Below are positions 46,236 through 55,689 of a stretch of 64,000 bases of DNA, piece by piece. Positions within the stretch are counted from its first letter, which is position 1, and each line of letters starts with the position of its first letter. The position numbers and the translations under genes were made by a program. The DNA lies in contig CANQZC010000005.1 in assembly GCA_947628235.1 (NCBI GenBank), positions 1,460 through 65,459 of the forward strand, written 5' to 3'. Source of the DNA: an uncultured Bacilli bacterium. GTDB taxonomy: Bacteria > Bacillota_I > Bacilli_A > RF39 > UBA660. Under the pieces are notes generated by a model. The model worked only from the letters and a program-made list of their open reading frames with translations, did no database searches and was not told where the DNA came from.

Positions 46236-47039
46236 TTAAGAAAACAATAATAAAATATCTAACCAATTCCATTGTAAGAAAAAGAGAATGAGTGCGGCAA
46301 CACTTAGAAATGGTCCAAATGGAATGACATGAGTAGACTTTAGTTTCAATAAAACCAGAGCGATTGGTAATCCAATAATACTTGCTAAAAAGATAGAAAT
46401 AATAGAAAGAGGAAATCCAATCGACATTCCTATTAGGAACATCAATTTAATATCTCCACCGCCCATAGATTCTTTTTTAAAGAGGAAATCCCCAAATAAT
46501 TTCACTCCATACATTAAAAGGAAAGATAGAAATCCATTTTGGATGGAATGGAAAAGGCGAATCCATGCTCTCGTCCAAGAAAAGTGAGAGAAAGCCCCTC
46601 CCCCTTCTAAGAAAAAGCCAATTCCTAAAAGAAAAATCCCAATCACAATAATTTCATTTGGAATAATATAGTATTTATAATCACTAATGATGACAATAAC
46701 TAAGATAGAGGCAAGAACTAAAGAGATAAAACAAGAAGCAGTAAGTCCAAACCTCAAATAAGAAAAAAGAAATAAAAGTCCTGTCAATAATTCAAAAATG
46801 GTATAATACCAAGATATTTTTGCTTTACAGTGTTTGCATTTTCCACCTTGGATAAGAAAAGAAAGCACAGGAATTAACTCCAACGCTCCCAATTTATGAT
46901 TACATACCGTACAATGAGAAGAAGGAAACACTAAGGATTCCTTCTTTGGTAAACGGTACCCAACAACATTGTAAAACGATCCAAATACTAATCCAAAGAT
47001 GAAAAATACAACTGCATAATAGATAACCAACAAAATCAC
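46236..47039 (-). CDS. prepilin peptidase (A24 family, PilD/ComC)
   Basis: N-terminal CxxC...CxxC (CTVCNHKL...CKHCKAKI), about 8 TM, and catalytic Asp contexts (SDYKYYIIPNE; GGGDIKLM). Confidence 0.9.
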   Translation of the reverse strand: MILLVIYYAVVFFIFGLVFGSFYNVVGYRLPKKESLVFPSSHCTVCNHKLGALELIPVLSFLIQGGKCKHCKAKISWYYTIFELLTGLLFLFSYLRFGLTASCFISLVLASILVIVIISDYKYYIIPNEIIVIGIFLLGIGFFLEGGGAFSHFSWTRAWIRLFHSIQNGFLSFLLMYGVKLFGDFLFKKESMGGGDIKLMFLIGMSIGFPLSIISIFLASIIGLPIALVLLKLKSTHVIPFGPFLSVAALILFFLQWNWLDILLLFS

Positions 47040-48985
47040 CCCGTCATACTAGATACTTGATCGTACATACTAAACATTGGAATAACAATTGCAAGAACAA
47101 TCGTACCAACAATCGCTGTTAAGAAAACAATGATAATTGGTTCCATCAAAGATTTTACACGAGCTACCATGTTACGATGTTCATCTTGATAGTAAGATGC
47201 TACCTTCGCCATCATCTCTGCTAATTGTCCAGTTTTTTCTCCTGTAACAATCATTTCATACGCAGGTACTGGGAAAGCCCAGTGATCTTTGAAGGCTGCG
47301 GATATTTTTTCTCCCGATGCTAGATTGTTTACTGTATCTAAGATCATTAATTTATAAATTTCATTATTTGTTATCTTTTTCAAAATATTCATACTATCTG
47401 TAATAAATACATTGTGAGATAGTAAAGATGCGAATGTTTTACTAAACATCATAACTTCTTTATAGATAATAATGTTTCCCATAACTGGAATATGCATCAT
47501 TACCCATTGCATCATCGTTCTTAAAATCTTAATATTTCGATAACAATAGATAACAGCGATAATAATTGCAACTGTCCAAATAACTATCCATAATAAATTT
47601 GCTTTCAGGAAGTCACTCGTATGCATAACCCATAAAGTAAATTTTGGAATAGCGTTCGGATCTAGTGTTTCATAGATTTCAACGAACTGTGGTACGATAT
47701 ATACCATCATGAAAATAGTAACTCCAATTGCCATACCAAAGACGATAATTGGATAAGTAAGAGAACTAATCATCTCTTTATGTGTTTTCTCTAATTGTGT
47801 AAAGTATTCTGCCATATCATCTAGTGCTTCAGGAAGTTCTCCAGTAAGTTCAGAAGACTTTACCATGTTAATTAAGATAGGTGGAAAAGAATTTCCTTGG
47901 TTTTCCATTGCCTTAGAAAAGCTTTCTCCCATCGTTAAATCGTACATCATAGAACGGAACATTCTTTGATAATTCTTATTTTTAAATTGTCTTGTTAAAA
48001 TAGCCATAGATTCAACAAGTGGAATACCAGATTTTACATAAGTAGATAACTGTGTTAAGAAGAAGATTAAATCTTTTCTCTTCATCTTCGCACCATTTCC
48101 ATTGACACTACTATACATCGTCTGAATCCATTTATTGGTACGAATGCTATAAACCGTCATTCCTTCACTCATTAAGAAGGAATGTACCTCTAATCGAGAA
48201 TAAGCTGCGAAATAACCTTTGACAGTCTTTCCTTCTGGAGTCTTACAAACATACTCCCACATAACTTTCTTCTCTTCTTTTTCGGCATCTGCTCCTTCAA
48301 AGTCAATCATCAAAGCTTGGCGGTTAACATCTTTTTTATTTTTGGCTTGACGCATAATCGTAGAATTTTCAAAGGATTTTTTACCCTTTTCAATCATCCT
48401 TTTAGGAATACTGATCAATTTCTCTAAGCCATCGTTGATGACATCTCCAATTCCCCGTTTATGCTCTTCATAATCATCTGAGATATAGGCGAAATCATCT
48501 TTTGGAATGGCTTCTTTCACCGTTTCCTTCTTTTTCTCGTCTTCTTCTGTTTTCTCAGGTTTGATAATGGAATCTAAACGAAGTCCCTTTAATTTTTGCT
48601 CTTCTGCAGATAAAGGCTTTGGCTCCTTCTTTTTGAATTTTTCTGGATTCTTTGCTCTCTCTTGCGCTAAACGCTTCGCTCTTTTCTCTTGTTTTTTCTT
48701 TTCTTTTAAGTTAATCTCTTCTTCTCTTTTGACTTTTACTTTGTTTTGATAATCTAACAATTTCAAATAGATTTTACCAATCACATTAAAAATCAAAACA
48801 AAAGGCAAACTAAATCCAATGAGTACATATCTTACAAAGTGATATACTTTAATACATACCCATAGGCAACCATCCGTAATTGCTTTTCCAACACTATCAA
48901 ATCTCTTAAACATCTTGCCAATTGCTTGCACTAATGTTACTGGAAATAATAGGATGGATAATATGATATCAATAATTCTAGCCAT
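47036..48985 (-). CDS. type IV pilus platform protein (PilC/GspF/ComGB family) with a 240-aa N-terminal extension
   Basis: Two T2SSF-type repeats lie in the C-terminal 400 aa (LSTYVKSGIPLVESM...; FASLLSHNVFITDSM...). The start is moved to MARIIDII (ATG 48985, GAGGAGG RBS). The extension at 48263-48985 has 2 TM and a K/E-rich linker. Confidence 0.85.
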   Translation of the reverse strand: MARIIDIILSILLFPVTLVQAIGKMFKRFDSVGKAITDGCLWVCIKVYHFVRYVLIGFSLPFVLIFNVIGKIYLKLLDYQNKVKVKREEEINLKEKKKQEKRAKRLAQERAKNPEKFKKKEPKPLSAEEQKLKGLRLDSIIKPEKTEEDEKKKETVKEAIPKDDFAYISDDYEEHKRGIGDVINDGLEKLISIPKRMIEKGKKSFENSTIMRQAKNKKDVNRQALMIDFEGADAEKEEKKVMWEYVCKTPEGKTVKGYFAAYSRLEVHSFLMSEGMTVYSIRTNKWIQTMYSSVNGNGAKMKRKDLIFFLTQLSTYVKSGIPLVESMAILTRQFKNKNYQRMFRSMMYDLTMGESFSKAMENQGNSFPPILINMVKSSELTGELPEALDDMAEYFTQLEKTHKEMISSLTYPIIVFGMAIGVTIFMMVYIVPQFVEIYETLDPNAIPKFTLWVMHTSDFLKANLLWIVIWTVAIIIAVIYCYRNIKILRTMMQWVMMHIPVMGNIIIYKEVMMFSKTFASLLSHNVFITDSMNILKKITNNEIYKLMILDTVNNLASGEKISAAFKDHWAFPVPAYEMIVTGEKTGQLAEMMAKVASYYQDEHRNMVARVKSLMEPIIIVFLTAIVGTIVLAIVIPMFSMYDQVSSMTG

Positions 48986-49098
48986 ATTGCCTCCTCTTAT
49001 TCTTACACTATAATGATTATAGCATATTTTTTGCAAAATAGAAAACATTTTTCGACAAAAAGCATACAATATTTTGAAATGAGAAAAAGGAGGATACC

Positions 49099-49392
49099 AT
49101 GAACTTTTATAATCCTTATCTTTTCACCGCTCCTGCAACGACAGGTGGACTCTTTCGGGGAATCAGTCTAAGTGGTATTTTAAATGGTGCGACAAGAGTT
49201 TTAAATTTTGCAAATCAAGCAATCCCGATGGTAAAACAAGTCTCTCCTATGGTAAAGAACATGAAAACAATGTTTCAAGTCATGAATGAATTTAAAAAAG
49301 TGGAAACGCCTACTTCGGAAGAACACTTGATAGAATCGACAGAAACGAAGTCCCCTTCCTATTCGAATAACGGTCCTACCTTCTTTGTATAA
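49099..49392 (+). CDS. YqfQ-like small protein
   Basis: 97 aa with an AAAGGAGG RBS. The segment ILNGATRVLNFANQAIPMVKQVSPMVKNMKTMFQVMNEF resembles the conserved core of the Bacillus YqfQ family. It neighbours trmK (yqfN), as in Bacillus. Confidence 0.45.
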   Translation: MNFYNPYLFTAPATTGGLFRGISLSGILNGATRVLNFANQAIPMVKQVSPMVKNMKTMFQVMNEFKKVETPTSEEHLIESTETKSPSYSNNGPTFFV

Positions 49393-49399
49393 AAAAGAA

Positions 49400-50038
49400 C
49401 TAGACATTCTCTTTTAAATGTTCTAGTTCTTTTAATATTTTTTTCTTTCTCAATAAATCTGGGTCTTCTTTAGGAATTTGCTCCATAATCTCTAATACTT
49501 TTTCTCTTTCATTTTCAATGTAACGAAGATTATGCTTTAGAATAGGACCAAAGCGATAGTCTTCTTCCGTATAAGAAGCATCCCCTTTTTGAAAATCTAT
49601 AATAATATATGTTTTTTTCTTTTCTTCTACATATTTTTCTTCGGTAATTTTGTATCCTAAAGATACGACATATCTTCGTAAATCTTCAAAATCAGTATGC
49701 GTTCCAATAATCATACGATTGGGAAGGCTTTGATTTTCTAAAATGTGCTGAATCGTAGAAGTTCCCATACCAGAAATAACAATAATGTCTTCCGGTTGAA
49801 TAGAAATTCCCTCTAACCCATCCGCTAAAACGGGAGTTACTGTTTTTACATGAAAACGAAGAATGTTATAACGAGCTTGATCTAAAGCATTTTGATTGAT
49901 ATCTGATGCAATGCATTCACAACCCTTTTCTTGGGATAAATAAATATCTAAAAGAGCATGATCACATCCGACATCTATCACTTTACTATGTTCTGGAATA
50001 AGGTTGGCAATCGTCTCTAATCGTTTTGATATTTTCAT
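49400..50038 (-). CDS. trmK: tRNA (adenine22-N1)-methyltransferase
   Basis: 212 aa with ISKRLETIANLIP...VIDVGCDHALLDIYL and ISGMGTSTI. It lies immediately downstream of sigA, as B. subtilis yqfN does. Confidence 0.8.
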   Translation of the reverse strand: MKISKRLETIANLIPEHSKVIDVGCDHALLDIYLSQEKGCECIASDINQNALDQARYNILRFHVKTVTPVLADGLEGISIQPEDIIVISGMGTSTIQHILENQSLPNRMIIGTHTDFEDLRRYVVSLGYKITEEKYVEEKKKTYIIIDFQKGDASYTEEDYRFGPILKHNLRYIENEREKVLEIMEQIPKEDPDLLRKKKILKELEHLKENV

Positions 50039-51111
50039 TATTCTGCCATATAGTCACGTAATTTACGACTTCTTGATGGGTGACGTAACTTTCTTAAAGC
50101 TTTCGCTTCAATTTGACGAATTCTTTCACGCGTAACACCAAACATTTGGCCAACCTCTTCCAATGTTCTTGGTTTTCCGTCTTCTAGACCGAACCGTAAA
50201 CGAACCACTTTTTCTTCTCTTTCTGTAAGGGTTAATAAAACCTCACTAATTTCATCTTTTAACATTTCGTTAGTCGCAAACTCTTCTGGACTTAAGTTTC
50301 TTTCATCCTTAATAAAGTCTCCTAAGTGAGAATCATCTTCTTCCCCAATTGGGGTTTCCAAACTAACAGGGTCTTGACTAATTTTATAGATTTCACGAAT
50401 CTTATCTACACTAGTATTCATCTTTTTAGCAAGTTCTTCTTCGCTTGGTTCACGATTTAATTCCAAAGTTAATTGACGTTGAACACGCGCTAACTTATTG
50501 ATTGTTTCTACCATGTGCACAGGAACACGAATCGTTCTTGCTTGATCAGCAATTGCTCTAGTAATCGCTTGACGAATCCACCATGTCGCATAAGTAGAAA
50601 ATTTATATCCTTTGGATACATCAAACTTATCTACTGCTTTCATAAGTCCAATATTTCCTTCTTGAATTAAGTCTAGGAAAAGCATACCTCTTCCTACATA
50701 TCGCTTCGCAATACTTACTACTAAACGAAGATTTGCTTCCGCTAGAATGTTTTTTGCTTCAGGATCTCCTTCTGCAATTCGATCTGCTAAAGCAGCCTCT
50801 TCTTCTAAGGTTAACAACTTAATTTGGCCAATCTCTTTTAAATACATTCGGACAGGGTCATTGATAGTTAAATCCTTAGTAAGCGTACTATCATCTAGAA
50901 GTAGTTTATCTCCCCCATCAGAATCATCTTCTTCAGATACAACAGCAATATTATTTTCATTGAAGACATTGTATAAGTCATCCAAAGTGTCGGCGTCTAA
51001 CTCCAATCCTTTTAAAGAAGCGGCCAATTCTTCATAAGTAATAAAACCTTGTTCTTTTCCCTTTTTAACTAACTCTTCTTTTCTCTTTTCGTAGCTCTTA
51101 ATTTCTTCCAT
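50038..51111 (-). CDS. sigA: RNA polymerase primary sigma factor
   Basis: Regions 1.2 to 4.2 are present ([11 protein letters not shown]; [17 protein letters not shown]; [20 protein letters not shown]). The ORF-track start at 51123 is a GTG fused to the GAGGAG RBS, so ATG 51111 is preferred. The start is uncertain by 12 nt. Confidence 0.95.
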   Translation of the reverse strand: MEEIKSYEKRKEELVKKGKEQGFITYEELAASLKGLELDADTLDDLYNVFNENNIAVVSEEDDSDGGDKLLLDDSTLTKDLTINDPVRMYLKEIGQIKLLTLEEEAALADRIAEGDPEAKNILAEANLRLVVSIAKRYVGRGMLFLDLIQEGNIGLMKAVDKFDVSKGYKFSTYATWWIRQAITRAIADQARTIRVPVHMVETINKLARVQRQLTLELNREPSEEELAKKMNTSVDKIREIYKISQDPVSLETPIGEEDDSHLGDFIKDERNLSPEEFATNEMLKDEISEVLLTLTEREEKVVRLRFGLEDGKPRTLEEVGQMFGVTRERIRQIEAKALRKLRHPSRSRKLRDYMAE

Positions 51112-52855
51112 TCTCTTCTTCACTCCTCAATTTATACGATACTAACTTCTGCGCTAATTCAATTTTGCGATCATAATCTTGTGATCTTTTTAGTTCCTGC
51201 TTGTATTTATCCATTTGTAATAACTCATTATATTCTTTAATATTTCTTAAATAGTCTTCTAATTCTTCTTCCTCAAAATCCTCTTTTAATGGCAACATAG
51301 AAATTTCTCCTATCGTCGCTACGGATTCGGCATCGTCTCTCAACTCCGTTAACAAATCGGCCATATCAATATATCCATACTGACGAAAGAAAGAACTAAT
51401 TTGAAACCCTAACTTTCGATATTTATCGGTTGGCATATGTGTAATCTTCTTATCATACATCTTAATCGCCGTTGCGTTTCGTAACATATAGAATAACAAA
51501 TTCTGTTCGGATTTCTCACATTTTGTCAACTTTTTCTTTTCTTTTTTAGGATGTGGAATTTCTATTTTTTCTTTCTCACTAGTTCCTACTTTACTCCGAA
51601 TAAAGTCGATAGATAACTTGGTTTCCTCAGCTAATTTAGCAATACTAACTTCTTTTAAGGTATCATCCTGCATTTTTTTAATTTCATCAATCATCGCATT
51701 CGCATAATTAGCAATATCTAAAGTATTATTAAAATCTAATTCTTGCTTTAATTGAAATTCTTTAAATTCGACAGGATTCATGGCCTGTTCTAATTTTCTT
51801 AAGAATGCCTCTTTGCCCCTTTTTAAGATGTACTCATCGGGATCCATATCGTCTTCTAGGCGAACAATCTTCGGTTCTATTCCCAGATGTCCTAATTCTT
51901 CTAAGGCAGACTTCGTCGCTTTTAAACCGGCGGCATCTCCATCAAAACAAAGAATGACATGACCCGCTAGTTTTCGAATCAACATCGCTTGTTCTTTACC
52001 AAAAGCAGTTCCTAAAGAGGCAACAACATTCGTAACACCAATCGTATAAGCACGAATGACATCCATAGGACCTTCCATAATAATAATCTCTTTTTGAACA
52101 CGAGCAGCCTCTTTTGCCCGATGATAATTATATAACAATTCACGTTTTCGAAAGATGGGAGTTTCCTTCGAATTTACATATTTATTCGTAGCCTCGCCAT
52201 GATAGGCTCGTCCATTATAACCAATGACTCGCCCCTGAACATCCTCGAGGGGAAACATAATTCGATTCCGATACAAATCGTATAGTTCCATTCCCTTTTG
52301 CTCTTCCCCAACAAGACCACTTTCTAGCAATACTTTATCACTATAATTTTTCTTTTTTAAAAGTTTTGTCAACATATCGGGAACATTTAAGGAAAGACCG
52401 ATTCCAAAAGTTTGAATGACCTCATCGTTTAAACTTCGTCCCAATAGATAATTTTTTGCCTCTTTTGCCTCGATACTATGCATATTATTTTGATAAAACT
52501 TTTGACTAATTTCATAAATCTCATAATATTCTTGGTATTTTTCGTCTCTTTTCGAACGAGAATTAGATATCTCTAAGGGAATACCTGCTAAATCCGCACA
52601 CTTTTTCACGGCCTCTAGAAAAGAAATATTTTCATAATCCTGTAAAAACTTAAAGACATTACCTGTCGCTCCACAAGAAAAGCAAGTATAAATTTGTTTT
52701 TCCTTAGAAACACTCATACTAGGAGAGTGATCATCATGGAAAGGACAAACACCAAAATAATTTTTTCCTCGAGCAGTTAATGGAATATAATTAGAAATTA
52801 CATCAACAATATCTACGCCATTTCGAATATCATTAATGACACTGTTTTCTATCAT
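51098..52855 (-). CDS. dnaG: DNA primase
   Basis: 585 aa with a CHC2 zinc finger ([16 protein letters not shown]...YTCFSCG) and a Toprim domain ([10 protein letters not shown]; CFDGDAAG). Confidence 0.95.
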   Translation of the reverse strand: MIENSVINDIRNGVDIVDVISNYIPLTARGKNYFGVCPFHDDHSPSMSVSKEKQIYTCFSCGATGNVFKFLQDYENISFLEAVKKCADLAGIPLEISNSRSKRDEKYQEYYEIYEISQKFYQNNMHSIEAKEAKNYLLGRSLNDEVIQTFGIGLSLNVPDMLTKLLKKKNYSDKVLLESGLVGEEQKGMELYDLYRNRIMFPLEDVQGRVIGYNGRAYHGEATNKYVNSKETPIFRKRELLYNYHRAKEAARVQKEIIIMEGPMDVIRAYTIGVTNVVASLGTAFGKEQAMLIRKLAGHVILCFDGDAAGLKATKSALEELGHLGIEPKIVRLEDDMDPDEYILKRGKEAFLRKLEQAMNPVEFKEFQLKQELDFNNTLDIANYANAMIDEIKKMQDDTLKEVSIAKLAEETKLSIDFIRSKVGTSEKEKIEIPHPKKEKKKLTKCEKSEQNLLFYMLRNATAIKMYDKKITHMPTDKYRKLGFQISSFFRQYGYIDMADLLTELRDDAESVATIGEISMLPLKEDFEEEELEDYLRNIKEYNELLQMDKYKQELKRSQDYDRKIELAQKLVSYKLRSEEENGRN

Positions 52856-53005
52856 ATCATCACTTCCTCAAGAAACCCTACACTTATAATATACGAGGAA
52901 ACTTTTTCATTTCCTTTTTTTTGACAAAAAAATTTGAAATTTTTTCCCAATCGGTGTTTATTATATCACAAAAAGGAAAAAAGGAAAGAAAAAATCTTTC
53001 CATCT

Positions 53006-53030
53006 ATATAAAACGCTAACACGTTAGCGT
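53006..53030 (-). terminator. probable terminator after comEC
   Basis: Inverted repeat ACGCUAAC/GUUAGCGU overlaps the stop codon and is followed by UUUUAUAU on the minus strand. The U-tract is short. Confidence 0.45.
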
Positions 53031-55009
53031 GCCCTAGAAACTCGTAAAGATTGCCCTATCTCTATCTTAATAGCGCCACCTTTACTAGTAATGTAGGTAC
53101 GACAATTTTCCAATCGTTTTAAAGTCTCTTCATGAGGATGTCCATAACGGTTCTCTTGCCCAGCCGAGATGAGACAGTAAGAAGGATTGATTTGGTTTAA
53201 AAAGGACTGGCTACTACTTCCTTTCGAACCATGATGTCCTACTTTTAATATATCCACTTTTGGAAGAAGATATTCTTCTTCTAGATATTCTTCCGTCAAA
53301 AAGCCACTATCTCCCATAAATAAAAGAGAATGATTTTGAATTTGTAACAAGAGAACTAGACTATCTTCATTTTCTTCCTCTTCTCTTTTCGTATTTAAGA
53401 AAAAGAGTTCCTCTCCTCGATAGGTAATTTTTTCCTGAGATACTTTTTGATAAGGTATGTGCCTCTTTTTTAAATAATTCAGTAGTTCTTCCTCCAAGGA
53501 ATTATCGTTCCCACTATTGAGAATGACTTTGCGAACCATTCCCTGCTCTACTAAAGAAAGTGCCTCTCCAGCATGATCAAAGTCCCCATGCGTTAGGATT
53601 AAAAAATCTAAAGTATCTACTCCAAAAGCGTGTAAAGTAGGTAGAAGAACCTGTTCACTTAAAGACTTAGAATAGATTCCTCCCGTATCGATTAATAAAG
53701 AAATTTTTTGATGAGGATAAAGAACTAAAGTGCTATCTCCCTGCCCTACATCTAACATAACGACCTTTCCCTTACAAGAAAGATAGGGACTTCCTTTTAA
53801 AAGGAGAAGTAAAAGGAAAAAGACACTATAATCATATGCTTTTTTCTTCTTTTGGTGCAAGAAATAAAATAAAAAAGCATAATATCCGAATAGAAACCAC
53901 CAACTAGGATAAGGAAAGAAAAAGATACCTTTTCCATTCGCTAGGAAAAGAGATAAACTTTCTAGTTTGGTAAGAAGAAAAAAATAAAAAGAGTCGAGAA
54001 TAGGAAAAAGAAAGACAAGAAAAGAAAGCGGGAAAAGAAGAAAAGAAATAAGTGGGACAAAAAGAAGATTGAGGAAAGGTCCCTTGATAGAAAGAGAAAA
54101 ATTCGTAGCAAGCTGAATCGGAACACTACTGATAAAAGCAAGCAGACTAATCTTTCCTATCTTTTCAAAGTATCCTCCTTCTATTCGTACTTGCATGAGA
54201 AAGAAACTGATAGTAAAACTATATAAAAATCCAGGATGATAGAGAAGATAAGGATTCCAAAGTAATAAAAGGAGTGTAAAAAAAAGAAAGGCCCTTTTTC
54301 TAGAAATCAAAAACTTCTCTAGGATAGCAGCAAAGAAAGGAAAAAAACAAGCTCGTAGTAAGGAAGGAGAAAAATCGGCAAGGAAAAAATAACCCGTAAA
54401 GAAAAGAAAGGCCCAGAAACTTTTCTTTTTCTTTTTTCCTGAAAATAGCAAAAAAGAAAAAAAGCCAATATGAAGTCCTGAAAGACTAAAAAGATGACTG
54501 ATTCCATTTTCTTGATAGCTTTCTTTTACTTCAGAAGATATCTCCTCTTGATTCCCTAAGAGAAAAGTTTTTAAATAAGCTTTACTTTTTCGTTCTTCGA
54601 TTCTCCTAATCACCCAATTTTTAAAAGTATACCAAGGATTTTTATTTTCTTTTTTCTTCTGACAAGTTCCATTCATCACATAATAAATCGATTTACTCGC
54701 TAAATATTTTTCATAAGAAAATAAATAAAAATTAAAACTCTTTTGGGGTTCTTCTATCTTTCCTTCACAAGAAACCGTATCTCCTAAAGAAAAAGAGTCT
54801 TTACTATAGACTAAGACGGATCCAATCGATAATTCTACATAGTCCCCTTTTTTCTTTTGACTGTGTACTACCCCTTCTATTTGGTTTTGTCCAAAAAGAG
54901 AAGTATGGGAAACTTGCAAACGAAGTAAAATAAAAAGAAGAGAAAAGAAGACAAAACAAAAGAAAAAAGCATTAGACGGTAATATGCTCTTTAATCTTTT
55001 CAAAGACAC
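53024..55009 (-). CDS. comEC: DNA internalization competence protein ComEC/Rec2
   Basis: 661 aa with a polytopic competence domain and a C-terminal metallo-beta-lactamase domain (LILTHGDFDHAGE; VGHHGS). Confidence 0.85.
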   Translation of the reverse strand: MSLKRLKSILPSNAFFFCFVFFSLLFILLRLQVSHTSLFGQNQIEGVVHSQKKKGDYVELSIGSVLVYSKDSFSLGDTVSCEGKIEEPQKSFNFYLFSYEKYLASKSIYYVMNGTCQKKKENKNPWYTFKNWVIRRIEERKSKAYLKTFLLGNQEEISSEVKESYQENGISHLFSLSGLHIGFFSFLLFSGKKKKKSFWAFLFFTGYFFLADFSPSLLRACFFPFFAAILEKFLISRKRAFLFFTLLLLLWNPYLLYHPGFLYSFTISFFLMQVRIEGGYFEKIGKISLLAFISSVPIQLATNFSLSIKGPFLNLLFVPLISFLLFPLSFLVFLFPILDSFYFFLLTKLESLSLFLANGKGIFFFPYPSWWFLFGYYAFLFYFLHQKKKKAYDYSVFFLLLLLLKGSPYLSCKGKVVMLDVGQGDSTLVLYPHQKISLLIDTGGIYSKSLSEQVLLPTLHAFGVDTLDFLILTHGDFDHAGEALSLVEQGMVRKVILNSGNDNSLEEELLNYLKKRHIPYQKVSQEKITYRGEELFFLNTKREEEENEDSLVLLLQIQNHSLLFMGDSGFLTEEYLEEEYLLPKVDILKVGHHGSKGSSSQSFLNQINPSYCLISAGQENRYGHPHEETLKRLENCRTYITSKGGAIKIEIGQSLRVSRAR

Positions 55010-55592
55010 TATCCCCTATTCCTGATACTTTTTTGATATCTTCAATCGTTTGAAATTTCGTTTTCTTACGATAAGCTAGAATGGCTTCGGCTTTGGATTC
55101 CCCAATTCCTGATAAAGACATCAGTTCTTCCTTAGAGGCGGTATTAATATTTACCTTCGAGGAATTTGTCGTGCTTGTATCGGTGGAAAGACAAGCACTA
55201 TTTTGTACATCAGGACAGTGACAAGCTTCCTGGACATATTCAATCGTTGTTTTTCCTTCTTTTAAAGCAGCAATCTCTTTTTCTGTATAGATCCAAATAA
55301 TATCTCCGTCTTCTACTTTCCTACTTAAATTTAAAAAGTCTGTATTCGCATCTTTTTTTAATCCACCTGCTAAGGTAATCACATCTATGACACGCGTTGT
55401 CGAAGAAACTTCATAAACACCAGGTTTTTCTATTGCTCCTTTAATATCTACCATCCATTTTTCTCCCTCTTCTTTTGCTTCTGGAAAAGAAAACTCTTCT
55501 ACTGCTTCTTCCTTTTTCGTAGGGAAAAAGAAAAAACAAAGGAGAAAGAAAAGAGTAGCGCCCAATAAAAGATATTTTTTTAAATTTTTCAT
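54972..55592 (-). CDS. comEA: DNA receptor ComEA
   Basis: N-terminal TM, SLBB-like domain (VDIKGAIEKPGVYEV), and a C-terminal tandem helix-hairpin-helix (INTASKEELMSLSGIGESKAEAILAYR...IKKVSGIGDSVFEKIK). Confidence 0.85.
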   Translation of the reverse strand: MKNLKKYLLLGATLFFLLCFFFFPTKKEEAVEEFSFPEAKEEGEKWMVDIKGAIEKPGVYEVSSTTRVIDVITLAGGLKKDANTDFLNLSRKVEDGDIIWIYTEKEIAALKEGKTTIEYVQEACHCPDVQNSACLSTDTSTTNSSKVNINTASKEELMSLSGIGESKAEAILAYRKKTKFQTIEDIKKVSGIGDSVFEKIKEHITV

Positions 55593-55632
55593 ACTACCTA
55601 CCTTCTCTCTATATAATAATTAGTGATTTCTT

Positions 55633-55661
55633 TTTCATTTCCTTTTATTTTAGTGTATAAT
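55633..55661 (+). promoter_or_regulatory. putative glmS promoter with very short leader
   Basis: TATAAT lies at 55656-55661 with a weak -35 TTTCAT 17 nt upstream. RBS AGGAG lies at about 55674-55678. Confidence 0.45.
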
Positions 55662-55689
55662 GAGATTAGAAATAGGAGTGTGATACCAT

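Noticed and set aside
53024-55009. The comEC coding region has a strikingly F/L/K-rich, pyrimidine/purine-skewed sequence with many poly-A/T runs, which looked at first like degenerate repeat DNA or a pseudogene.
   Set aside because: The reading frame is intact for 661 codons. It retains the polytopic competence domain and the metallo-beta-lactamase motifs (HGDFDHAGE, HHGS). The composition is what an AT-rich genome produces for a very hydrophobic membrane protein.
55593-55689. I looked for a glmS ribozyme upstream of glmS, as is common in Bacillota.
   Set aside because: The intergenic space is only 97 nt, with a TATAAT box at 55656-55661 leaving a leader of about 20-30 nt. There is no room for the ribozyme core of about 170 nt and no recognisable conserved core sequence. 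glmS here appears ribozyme-less. I note this but do not pursue it as a finding.
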